From assembly GCF_006345805.1 (NCBI RefSeq), contig NC_043004.1:39370001-39434000 (forward strand): 64,000 nt of DNA. Reading direction: 5' to 3'. The stretch is from Octopus sinensis (taxonomy: Eukaryota). The notes under the pieces are model-generated. The model was not told the origin of the DNA and searched no databases. It worked only from the letters and a program-made list of their open reading frames with translations. Position numbers and translations under genes: made by a program. How positions within the stretch are numbered: the stretch's first letter is position 1; each line of letters opens with the position of its first letter. Below, piece by piece: positions 52,038-64,000 of the stretch.

Positions 52038-52703
52038 TATATATATATATATATATGAGAGTCTTTGTGTTTGTCCTCCTTTTGGGTACATCCGTTGTTG
52101 GCGTCTATCAAATCCATTAAGAAGGCTTGAGTTAGCGCGAGGCTACAGGAGAACACATTCGCCCAATGCCATTGACCCCGGAACTATTTGGTCAGGAACC
52201 AATACATATATCACTAAACAACCTCAGACGAGCCAGTAGATGAGGCATTTACAAGATTCTGTCGGATCAATGTACACCATCGGATCAAAGTACACCCCTA
52301 AATGGTCTGGCTTGGATCAACAGAATATGTTAACATTTGAGCACAAAAACAACTTTCTTTTGACGCAACACAACCTAGGGCTTATAGCAGGATGTGAATC
52401 GCCGGTCTTTTGCGGTTGTAGACCGACATGTTACTGATCTTCGTAAGCCATATGTTTGTACAGACAAGAGTAAAATACAAATAGCACTTGACAGACTAGT
52501 GATATCTATACTAGTAACAGAAGGTTACGGTGAATGACATGATAAGTGGTGTGGAGGAATGACCAATGGGGAAATATGATAAATGGTACAGAAGGAAGTA
52601 GATAAAGAGAAGTTTCAAGTTCTAGAACTTATGATTTCATACACAATAACGATTTATTGATGATATGCATTGCATATATATATATATATATATATAATAT
52701 ATA

Positions 52704-52735
<32 letters not shown>

Positions 52736-53105
52736 TCTCTATAATACTTTGCAACGCATGTCCAAATGTCAGATACGTATGTATACATACATACATATAT
52801 GTGTGTGTGTGTGTGTTGTGTGTTGTGTGCGTGTGCGCGTGCGTGTGTGTGTGTTGTGTGTGTGTGTGTGTGTATGTGTGTGTTTGATAAGGACGTACGC
52901 GTACATCTACCTGCTAGAAATGAGATTTAAAAACCGTTCTTTTCAAACTACCAAGATAACACTGAAAATAATAACAAAAACAACAGTACCAGTTAAATGA
53001 ACCGAAAACATCCCACACATACCTATGTACCATAAAGCCATATGTTTTCGTATTAGTATACACTGAGGCTGTCCTATATATATACATATATCTATATATA
53101 TTATA

Positions 53106-53157
<52 letters not shown>

Positions 53158-53325
53158 GCATGTATACATATGTATGTATCTGTATGTATATAGGTATATA
53201 TGCATGTATATATCTGTGTGTACATATATGTGTGTGTGTATGTGCGTATATGATATATAGACAAATGTGTTATATATGTATATATATGTGTTTCTGTATG
53301 TATGTACATGCATATATATAGTATA

Positions 53326-53373
<48 letters not shown>

Positions 53374-53599
53374 CATGCATATATTTATATACACACAAAT
53401 ATATACATACATACACACAAACACACACACATATATATGTCACCATACACACATAAATATACTTCTATGTATGAATGTGTTTGTGCATACATTGTATGTA
53501 CGAGTTCCTTTATCTGACACTACTAGTGCGTATGTATGTGTGTTTGTCTGCATGTGTATACGCGTGTGCGCGCGTGCGAGTGTTTGTGTACGTCCGCGC

Positions 53600-53634
<35 letters not shown>

Positions 53635-54855
53635 AGCGTGCGTATGTATGTGGCTGGTGTTGTTTAGCAGCAAGTGGGTGTTAGAATCCTGTAACGCAAC
53701 ACAGAGCAGCTTTAATTTCAATTCTGCATTAATTAACAATTGGGGAATTGTTATATAAAAAGTATGTTGGTATGTTATAACAACCACTAACAGCATCAAC
53801 AGCCGCCACTACTGCCGCCGCCACCGTGCGCAAACGCCATTTTAAAGAAAGAACCAACACTATGAGCGTCGTGATCAATAGCCTCGTAACATCATTACGA
53901 ACATCATTATAATCATCATCATCATCATCATCATCATCATATCATCATTTTCATCATCATCGACAACAATAGAAGTAGTATTGTTGGGGGTGGATGGAGG
54001 CTGAGGCGGTGGTGGTGGCGGTGGTGTTGGAGATGATGGTGGCGGTGGTGTTGGTGGTGGTGGTGGTGGTCGTCGTCGTCGTCATCGTAGTTATGGACTT
54101 ACTATGATGATGATGATGATGATGATCACGATGATGATGAGGAGGAGGAGGAAGACGAGGGGAGGGAGGGAGAGGATGAGGGAGAACTAGAGGGAGGGAG
54201 GAGGGGAGGAGGGGAGGAGGGGGAGGAGGAGGAGGTGGATGAAGAGATGGAGGAGGAGAGGGGAGGAGGAGGAGGTGGATGAAGATATGAGGAGGAGGAG
54301 GAGGAAGAGGAGGAGAGGGTGAATGAGTAGGCAGGGCAGCAGCGTTTTGTGGTTCGACAATGCACTCAATTATATATTATATTGGTGCCGATGGTGTTAT
54401 TGATAACCATTATTCCTGATACAGGCTCGAGACCATAAACGTTTAGATGGAGGAGGGGAGGCAGATCGGGTGAGTATTCTGTGCAAGATCATATCGAACT
54501 CAGTACTCGACCTCAGCTGTATGCTACTTTATATTATCGACCCTGGAAAGATGAAAAACGAAGTGAAACCCGGCTGGACTCGAATTAAGAATACAAGGAG
54601 ACGCATCCAATTATGAGATATTTAGCACGGCACATTTTCACGATTGTTATATAATATACTTAAATATTTTGACATTTCTCTGAATATTAATTAGAATTCG
54701 GTCTGGTGGTTTAGTTGCTTGTCTCTGGATGAAGATTCTTGTGGGGCGAAACTAATAAATGATGCATTTAGCAGAAGTCTACGGGAAGGCAATCTGTGTT
54801 TGTTTTTTCATTGCTTGTATGACTGTCCGTCTCTCGCTCTCTCTCTCTGCCCCCC

Positions 54856-54908
<53 letters not shown>

Positions 54909-55873
54909 CCTCTCTCTCTCTCTCCATATATATATATATATATATATATTAGAGAGAGAGAGGAGAGAGAGATATAGATATAAATATGGAAGTTTTGTGA
55001 TGCAAACAAGAGAAATAAAGCTCAAAAGGAAAGAGCTCACGACAGAAGTATGTGTGTGTCTGTGTGTGTTTGTGTTTGTGTGTGAGTATGGATGGATGTA
55101 TGGATTGATATGGGTGTGTGTGTATGTATCTATGTATGTATATTTAGCAGAAACATCAATGACTCAAGGCCCGAAAATTTTTCGATAACGACAGCGCCCC
55201 CCCCCCACCCCCATCGCCACCACCTTCATCACTTCGACTACTGCTACGAATATATATCTATCTGTGCTGCTTCCTTCCATTTTAATGCGGTTGTTATTGT
55301 TTCATCCCAAAGCTACCCCTATCAAAGCTACCCCTATCAAGCTACCCCTATCAAGCGCACTTACGATAATATCGTCATATTTTCTTTTCTTTTTTTTTTT
55401 GTTTTTCAAATATAGCATACCCTGAATTACATTATCTAATGATCCTTTTCTGAAACAGGAGGGTTTTGGATTACAATTTATAGTATTTCGACCAACCATT
55501 TAGGCTCTCGCTCCTTCGTTAGTTTGTTAACTAACTTACGTTGTACAGGTGTGTACGATTTTGCGTTTTGCTTTCCGTTTTTCTTGTTTCTCTTTTTTTT
55601 TTTTTTTTTTTGTAGTTTTCCCCTTATTCATTCTTAAGATTTTCTAAATGTTTTGCTCTTAACAACTTCGACAAACCGAAGAATAAGACTCTACTTGAAT
55701 GTTAGGCCTAGTAGAAATAGTAACCGGATCTGCTTCGAATCAGACCCTGTCACTGGATTGAAGTGAAAGGAACTGATTGAAGTTACAGATATAATATGTT
55801 CCAAAATATATTACGGAGATGTACTTGCATAACGAGTGACTTGATCTGAGATCGTGTGCTGGAACGAAAACAA

Positions 55874-56140
55874 TTGCAACGTGGAAGGTGTTTATAAGCC
55901 ATTTAAGAAACACACAAAACCGTTGGATTCACTTCAACATTTAAATTTAATTTGTCAAAATATTTTCGTCCCTTTGAGACCGCGACCTATTCACTGACAA
56001 ATTTCTGTTCTGCATCACAGTGAACAGGTCGCAGTCTCAAAGCGACGAAAATATTTTGACAAATTAAATTTAAATGTTGAAGTGAATCTAACGGTTTTGT
56101 GTGTTTCTTAAATGGTTTATAAACACCTTCCACGCTGCAA
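55874..56140. repeat. Long palindrome (fold-back or MITE-like)
   Basis: 123-bp arms 55874-55996 and 56018-56140, 6 mismatches, 21-nt spacer. Confidence 0.95.
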
Positions 56141-56417
56141 GATATATTATGTTAAAAATAAAAGGTGATGATCATTGCTGGGAAGCCTCTGATCAAAGGG
56201 TTGCTCGAACAAACCTGACCTGGGGCGAAACTACAACTAAATAAATAACAGTCCTCCATGGTTAGAATTTATTCAGAAAGTGATGCATAAATGCTTTTGT
56301 TACTGTTTTTGCTGTTTAGTGCCGGATCAAAATATGATCAAACCTTATGATCAAAGGTTTTCCGGAGGACGGGTTATAAAAGATGTTGCAGTAGTAATCC
56401 CCAAGTGCCCTTCTCTC

Positions 56418-56483
<66 letters not shown>

Positions 56484-57577
56484 TTCTCTTCAGACTGATC
56501 TAGAACAACATCACCCAATCTACAATATATTCTTTTTTAAGAATGTAGAACTTGATTGCAAGAAGAATTAAATGTAATTTCTACCACATCGGACTTCTAC
56601 ATGGAAGTCTCCCTAGCTGGCTCGACGCATATTCTGTAAATTCGTACGTTGAGCATTAGAGATAAGTTGCCCTACATATTAAAGAATGATTTCTACAAAA
56701 TCTTTCAATGGAATTACGAAACATATCAATAAGTATGCATTCATAGCTGTGTTGTCAAGAAGCTCCCTTCACATCACTGTAAGATTCCAGATGATTCCAA
56801 CCCCGCGGCATACAGCACAAATGTCTCCACCTGAGTCCCCCAGTTGACTAAGCTGGGTAAATAGAAACATGTCGTTAAGAATCCACTTGTTCGTATGAGA
56901 CTAGACTTAAACTGTCAGCCAGATTAAGAACACTGCATTTTTTCTTGAGCAGTTTTTAGTGCAGTGTACTTATTTGTAAACGTTCATACCAGATTTACCG
57001 TCTGGAGACAAAACAAAATCTTGATATATTGCTTCTTGCTTCAGGAATCCACAAATCATGGCCTCTTCCTCATCCTCGCATACAACACATACACCAGATT
57101 TATCCACCTACGAAATGATCACTGGGATCACCCTTCTATCTCTTATTAAACCATAAAGTACTTTCTCACTGAAAAGCTCTGTAGACATTGATTATAGTTA
57201 CAATCAAACAAGAAGCTTTTTCAGCTCCGGAGAGACCATGACTGAGCCGAAGTATGATCAAAGGATTTTCATTCATAACCACCCGCATTCTTTCTTCGGG
57301 TATTATCTAACTAGAAGTATGTTATCCAGTGAGTTCTGCCTTTTTTTGGAGATGGGAACTAATTGATTGATATTTACAATTGCTAAGCAAATGATTAGTA
57401 CAAAAATACGTTGTCACATATATGATCTTGCAGCATCAACCCTCTTCAACCAGAGTTTGACCACAGCCAGGGCTTGACTAGCAGCTAAACATAGTCGTCT
57501 GAATTCAGCCTAAGGTCTTTTTCAAAATGTGGAGCAGTACCATCACGTCGTACTCACTCCTGACACACCAAAAGACT

Positions 57578-57647
<70 letters not shown>

Positions 57648-57763
57648 ATATATAAATATATACATATATATATATTTTTATTTATTTATACATATATATA
57701 TATATTTATTTATTTATACATATATAGATAGATACATACATACATAGAACGATATATATATAT

Positions 57764-57809
<46 letters not shown>

Positions 57810-58674
57810 ACATGTGCGCGTAAGCACAAGCCCGTATACGTTTACGATATGAGTGTCTGTATACTTCTCCGTTTTCCTGTATGTTTATCACAGGAAAGAT
57901 GTATGAAAAAATAACATGAAAGATACAGAAGCGAGACGACGAGGAGGCTTTTCAGTGATAGTGGGAGCTTATAATTGTGCAAGTTCATTTCTAATCTGTA
58001 CACAGACGTTTGTATATGAATGTGAAAAATGTAGGGATTCATATATGTCTGTCAAAATACATTAGAAAAGAGTTTTTTTCCCGTTTTGGCGGAAGACAGG
58101 AAATAGCATAAGAACGAAACTGGTAATACATATCTCAATGATTTCATCCACATGATGGTGTGTGTGTGCGTGCGTAAGTTGTTTATGCATGCGTCTGTAT
58201 GTGTGTGTGTGTGTGTATTGTTTTTGACGTTCGTTTTGCCATGTTCGCATGGGTTAGACAAATATATCACAGACGCATTGTTTCAAGACCGGAGGCCGTA
58301 CCTATCCCTAATCTTTATCTGTTTTTCGAGTAAGTGATATCGTATATCGCGTCTTCAAATGCAAGAGAAAACACTACAACGTAACTGAACGAAGGTGGTA
58401 TGTGTACCTGTTAAATTTAGTTACAAAACTTTGATTAGTAGCAAGGTGACACTTGGCTAAAGCTGCACGAGGTGGCAGAATTGAACCCGAAACCAGATAA
58501 ATTAGAAGCGAACTTCTTAACCACACACCCATACTAGGACCTGCACATATACATATATACTTAAAAGATGTATCAGACATATATATATATATATATAAAC
58601 AAAGTCAAAATGCGATAAAATAAAATAAAATAAAATAAAATATGTATATATATATATATACATATTTATATATA

Positions 58675-58885
58675 ACACTTAGATAAATCTTATATATGTT
58701 TCGACAAAAGATTTGTCAAGGCCATGTCTAACTTTTGATAGTACCACCTGATAGGATTTTCTAAATCCTGTTTAAGTCAAGTTTTGTTTATGGTCCATTC
58801 AAGCAGTGAGTTCTTGTTGAGTGAGTTGTATTCAGGTATGGGTGGCTTATCCGGTATTCCTTGAAGAAATCTGTCCAAACTCTGT
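58675..58885 (-). mobile_element. CR1-clade LINE 3' end, same family as 37900
   Basis: LDRFLQGIPDKPPIPEYNSLNKNSLLEW; tail ATGGCC-tt-GACAA atctt TTGTC-GAAAC. Confidence 0.85.
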
Positions 58886-58971
58886 ATATTTATATATATA
58901 TATTTTTCATTTTAATACTATATATATATATATACGCATATATATATGTACATATATATATTTATATATAC

Positions 58972-59050
<79 letters not shown>

Positions 59051-59059
59051 TATATATAC

Positions 59060-59280
59060 ATACATATAGTTAGTTAATCCAAACATGAAAGCACAAAAAA
59101 ACACAACAACGCGAGGACGTGCAATAAATATAGTATTATTGGATGCTCGGGAAAGAAGGAAAGAAGGAGGGTTTAACGTTTCGAGCGGAGCCCTTCGTCG
59201 GAAACATAGGAGAAGGAAAGATCCAGAGAAGGGAAGACAGATGGAAAAAAATCGCCAACGGTACACACGCGGTCGCACAT
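59060..59280 (-). mobile_element. (TA)n-anchored element with HHR-like motif (U4C core)
   Basis: 59171-59205 minus strand: gttt CCGACGA A GGGC tcc GCTC GAAAC GTT aaac. Confidence 0.65.
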
Positions 59281-59599
59281 ACATAAGTACATACATACAT
59301 ACATACATACATACATACATACATACATACATACATTTACGCAATGGCACATGGAACTGCTTGGCATCAAGAAAGAAATAAAGCACACAACTCAGAATAA
59401 GTTGCAGAGTTTTATAGCATTTATTAGCAGTAGAAAGCTTCACTCACGTACCTCAAGTTTTATACTTCCGATATTGAAAAGCGTAAGGAGTCCTTACCTA
59501 ATGCGGCCTGCCCCCTTGTGCTGAAAAGAGTAAAATGCCGAAGGATATTGGCATTAGAGGTGTAAGGGTGTTCAGCTCTCTAAAGTTCCTTACTACATA

Positions 59600-59620
59600 C
59601 ACACAGACACACACACACAG

Positions 59621-59651
<31 letters not shown>

Positions 59652-59685
59652 TACATACAGACAGACAGATAGATAGATAGCTAGC

Positions 59686-59770
<85 letters not shown>

Positions 59771-59830
59771 GGATTGATGGATTGATGGATGGATCGATCG
59801 ATGGGTGGATGGATGGATGGATGGATGATA
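59600..59830. repeat. Compound (CA)n-(TAGA)n-(TGGA)n microsatellite
   Basis: Visible tandem units. Confidence 0.95.
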
Positions 59831-60767
59831 TGCTTTCAATCTGTTTAACTTGATATTTGAACGTTTTGGGAGAGTCCACTTTATTGCAAATCCCGTTGAA
59901 GGAATTACTCGCACCAGAACTCCAGGTTAAGGAATCTCTCTCTCTCTCTCTCTCTCCTCTCCCTCTCTTTCTCTTTCTCTTTCTTTTCGCTCTTTCTCTC
60001 TCTCTCTCTCTCACTCTCCCTTCTTTTCTCTCATCAACCACACAGATTCTGAGAAAGGGTAGACATTTGACTAACCGATAAAATATGTTTTTCCGCGCGC
60101 GCGGCTGTGTCAGAATAATAACAACGATTCAAACCCACTTTTCGGGGGGTGGAAATAGTTTTTAATTTTTTTTTTTTTAGTTATTGCTGTTGTTTTTGAA
60201 AACATTGTTGGTGATATATTTAGCTTGATTTTTTGCATAGTTTAATTTATTTTCAAATAAAATTTTCTCTCCGTGTCTGTCATGTGAGATGAGATACATA
60301 GACACAGGAAAAAGAGTCTTGAAAGATGACTGCTGCAAGTGATAATGGAAAAACAGTGAGTCAAACCCAGTGACAGAGACACTCCCACTCAAACATACGC
60401 GTTTGTGTTTGTATCTGTGGGTGGTTGTTGTACGTGTGTGTGAGAGAGAGCGAGCGCGCGTGCGCGCGTCGTGATATGATTTAGAGCTATTATTCGCTCC
60501 TTGTTTTGAAACCATGTTGGCTCATTGTTTCTAAGCAGTGTTTCCTTTCAAACTCAATTGTGCAACATATCTTTTCTTTGAGATGAAATAAAAATAGAAT
60601 GGGTGTATACTGCCAATCTAACAAGAACGTGACAGTAGGGGGTACACCACCGCTGTATAGCCCTAGGAAGCATCGAACGCCTCCTGATAGCTTTGACACA
60701 TTTTTTCCCTGTGTCCTTATATACATATACGAAGGGGAGACAAACACCCCCGGCTGCCGGAACTGCA

Positions 60768-60814
60768 TCTAGGGACACCGTGTTTCAGGATCGTTGTATC
60801 TTCATCGGCCTAGA
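60768..60814 (-). ncRNA. Hammerhead ribozyme motif (U4C core) heading the module 60601-60814
   Basis: Minus strand: tctagg CCGATGA AGAT acaacg ATCCT GAAAC AC G GT GTC cctaga; 6-bp stem I, ACAC/GTGT stem III. Confidence 0.65.
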
Positions 60815-60935
60815 GTAACAGACACCGGCCAGCTGGTGATATTTGCCTCGACTTCGTAATTGTATATATCTATATTCAGTGAAGTTTATTCACTGATTAT
60901 CAATAAAAATAAAAAAAAAAATAATAATAATAATA

Positions 60936-60967
<32 letters not shown>

Positions 60968-61075
60968 GTAATAATAATAATAATAAACTCTAGTTTCCGA
61001 AAGAAATTCGAGGTTTGGGAATTAGCCTTTGAGAATAAACGAGTAAGGATAAAAGGGGTGTAAAAAAAAGAAAAG

Positions 61076-61110
<35 letters not shown>

Positions 61111-61954
61111 TAACTTGTGAAAGATTGAACGTAACAGATTAATAGGAAGAGAGAGAGAGGGATAATTAAAAAGAGTGATAGCTAGAATAAGAGAGGCATG
61201 TACATCAGCACATTCACGTACAAGGTGTAGGAACTGATAGTAGACAAGAAGACAAGAAGACAAGAAAGATCCAGCTGGAAATAAAACACGAGAAACATTA
61301 AAGGTTTAAGAGACAGACAAAAGGTGTATAGCTCACTACAGAAGGATCAGATAGAGGAAGGGGCCACCCTCTCATTTTTAGATTCGCTTTTACACGCCTC
61401 TACTACAGAAGATTTTTGCTATTATCAGGAATAGATATTTTCTTTATATTTATTTATCTATAGTTTCTTCAAGTGTATGATTATTTTATTTTCTATTTCA
61501 ATCAAAATGCGTGATAACTTTAAAGGATAGGCAACGGATAAGAAAAAGATAGCCCTCCTCAACCAAAATAAAGGAGAGGTTCTATTAAACACTAAATAAA
61601 TCGGTGTATGAAGTTCCTTCGCCCTACCAGTATTCCATCCAATCGTATAAGAAAGCGTGGGAATTAACTACGTTGCGCTCCTAACATTCTAGGATTTGCA
61701 TTGTGGGGGGGAGGCTGGATAAAGTATAGCATCTCTTCTTTTAATTACGGTGGTGATCTTGATAGCCCCCAAGTGGCAAATAAATCCGTCTGTTTAGCGT
61801 CTCTTGAATGTCACTGTTAAGGACGGTTCAAGAAAATGTAGGTATGTATGTATGTGATTGCGTGTGCATGAGTGTGTGAGTGCGAGTGCGTATGAATGAG
61901 TGTGCATGCGTATGAATGAGTGTGCGTGCGTGTGTGTGTGCGTGTGTATGTGTG

Positions 61955-62062
<108 letters not shown>

Positions 62063-62111
62063 CAGTGAAAAGTATTCATTGATTTAGGTCGAATTTGTTT
62101 CAGATCAAATA

Positions 62112-62252
62112 TTAGGTTGTCCCAAAAGTTCGTAAACACTTGCGAAAATTGAATTTTTACTCGCCAAGTACTAACAAAAACAACAAAAATTATTCCTCAA
62201 AATAAAGACCATTATTTTCCAAGACTTTCTACGAACTTTTGGGACAACCTTA
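62112..62252. mobile_element. 141-bp mariner-type MITE
   Basis: 23-bp TIR TTAGGTTGTCCCAAAAGTTCGTA (1 mismatch); TA on both sides. Confidence 0.9.
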
Positions 62253-62862
62253 TATAATTATTTCTATGATAATTTTGTTCACAAGGTCAGCGATTTTGAT
62301 GGGATGGAGTAGTCGATTCTAGCCACTCTAATATTCCACTGCTGCTGTTTTATCGACCCCAAGGGGATAAAATGTACGGTCACTCTTGACAACATTTGAA
62401 CTCAGAACGTAAGCGAGCCAAACGAAATACCCCTAAGCAATGTCTCCAGTGTGATAACGATTCTGCCACAAATATATTAAAGTAAAATATAGCGAGAATA
62501 AGTTAGAACCAATCATATTTCAAAAGCATTGCAGCCTGTAATCAACACATGTGGAAGAAGCCTCTACATGGTTAATTGATATGCTAGAAGTATCAGGATA
62601 ATATACCTCAAATCCCAATGTGTCGTCTTAATGAAAATACAAAGGAAGAATTTTGTTGGTTTAATATAGAGTTAGATGAGTATTTCCATAATAACAAGGA
62701 AAGAAAAGGTGGTGTTTACTGGCTGGAACCCTATTTTATCACCAGTCTACTCGGTCTGGTCTGATGGAGCTAAATACTAAAAACAGCATAAAACATCAAG
62801 TAACATATGTCCGTACATGCCAAACTTCTAATATACTGACTTGCCAACAAGTGTTAATTTAA

Positions 62863-63290
62863 GTGGATCTTTTCGGTTTGAACGGCAGTTTTTAACATAA
62901 TTTCTAGGTAACTAAAAAATTTTAAACTTCCTATACTGGTAGAATGTGTTTATAAAACATCTTTTTCTCTTGGCTTTATTGAGAAAATTCTATAGTTTGT
63001 AAGATATTTGTTGTTTTTTTTTTCTTCAATTTCTGCAATTTCAACCAATCAGTGACGTCTATTGAGTTAAAAAGCATTCTGTGCCGTATGGATATGTCCC
63101 TCGTTTAAGAAACATATTGGGTGTATTTACATTTGTGAAGAAAAAAGATACCCTTCTCCCCACCCCTAACCCTAACCCTAACCCTAAAAGAGATTGAAAT
63201 GCAATAGATCGGTTCTAGGGTCATAATTATGGGTGACAATTTCATATGACACCGCTAGAAAAAACTGCCGTTCAAACAGAAAATATCCAT
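62863..63290. mobile_element. 428-bp MITE with TTAA flanks
   Basis: 31-bp TIR (G/A)TGGAT(C/A)TTTTC(G/T)GTTTGAACGGCAGTTTTT; TTAA at 62859-62862 and 63291-63294; internal (CTAACC)n at 63164-63187. Confidence 0.85.
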
Positions 63291-63369
63291 TTAAGTGGCT
63301 ATGGGGGCTGTGTGAATTAGTAGCTAAATATACATGAAATGACACCTCCAACATCTCATGAAGCATTTG

Positions 63370-63860
63370 AAAAACGACGATGGATTCCATATTTATTCAT
63401 ACTCTCTGACAGATTCGAATGTGAAGATGCGAATCGCTGGTGTGTTACGTCACAGGAAAAGAATTCTTTTACGACAAGTATATATTCACAGCACAGTTGA
63501 TTCACTAGTGCAAGGGCTTGTGAGACACCCCTTGTTTGGACCTTGTTGCGTCTCACTAATGAAAGGCAACCCGAATCAATGAATCTAAGAGGAGTACTCG
63601 ACTTTGTGTATAACAAATTAATTTCTTACTAATATTTACCAACCGTCGATAAATCATCATATTCACGGTGGAAAATCAAAACGATGACTTGCATATTTAT
63701 TCTAAACGAATTTCCCAGCAGATTCGAACGTGAATATGATAATCGCTGTAGTGTTTGATCACAGGCGAACAACTCTTTTAAGACGAACGTGTATTCATGT
63801 CACAGACGTTTCATTGGCGCAAGGAAAACGTTGTTCCCGATACGCATGCATCTTTGCTGG
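63370..63860. repeat. Diverged direct duplication, 309-bp period
   Basis: cagattcgaa anchors at 63410 and 63719; 105-bp gap-free alignment with 29 differences. Confidence 0.8.
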
Positions 63861-64000
63861 CAAGTCTACTCAATGATATCTGACCTTGAAATAAACGAAA
63901 ACTGATAAAGTGAAGGAACGTTTTTTTTTTTTTTCACTCCTAACGATCCAATGAGTATCTCGTCCCCTATAGTTTTTTATTGGATGATCCCATCGAAGCA

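Overview
AT-rich, microsatellite-saturated animal DNA, most likely intronic or intergenic sequence from an octopus or other coleoid cephalopod (inferred from the tRNA-derived SINE families and repeat landscape). There is no complete protein-coding gene. The only plausible host exon is a signal-peptide exon at 9663-9726. The long ORFs in the track are microsatellite read-throughs or transposon remnants. Recognisable elements: a TIR-bounded Tc1 with three nested insertions, a decayed mariner, three MITEs, a long palindrome, many R4/Dong-type (RLE) LINE fragments tied to (TAA)n, Tx1/L1-like and CR1-clade LINE pieces, Penelope-like (PLE) fragments and several SINE families. The most striking signal is RNA structure. 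I count 11 minimal type I hammerhead-ribozyme (HHR) or HHR-like motifs from several unrelated families, including a compensatory U3-A8 core and recurrent U4C and A6Y cores. Two HHRs 58 kb apart share a module (HHR plus two hairpins) whose ribozyme stems differ in sequence yet still pair. LINE and SINE 3' tails also share a covarying ATGGCC-NN-stem-loop-GAAAC motif. All alignments and folds were done by eye, ribozyme activity is untested, and the ends of decayed elements are approximate.
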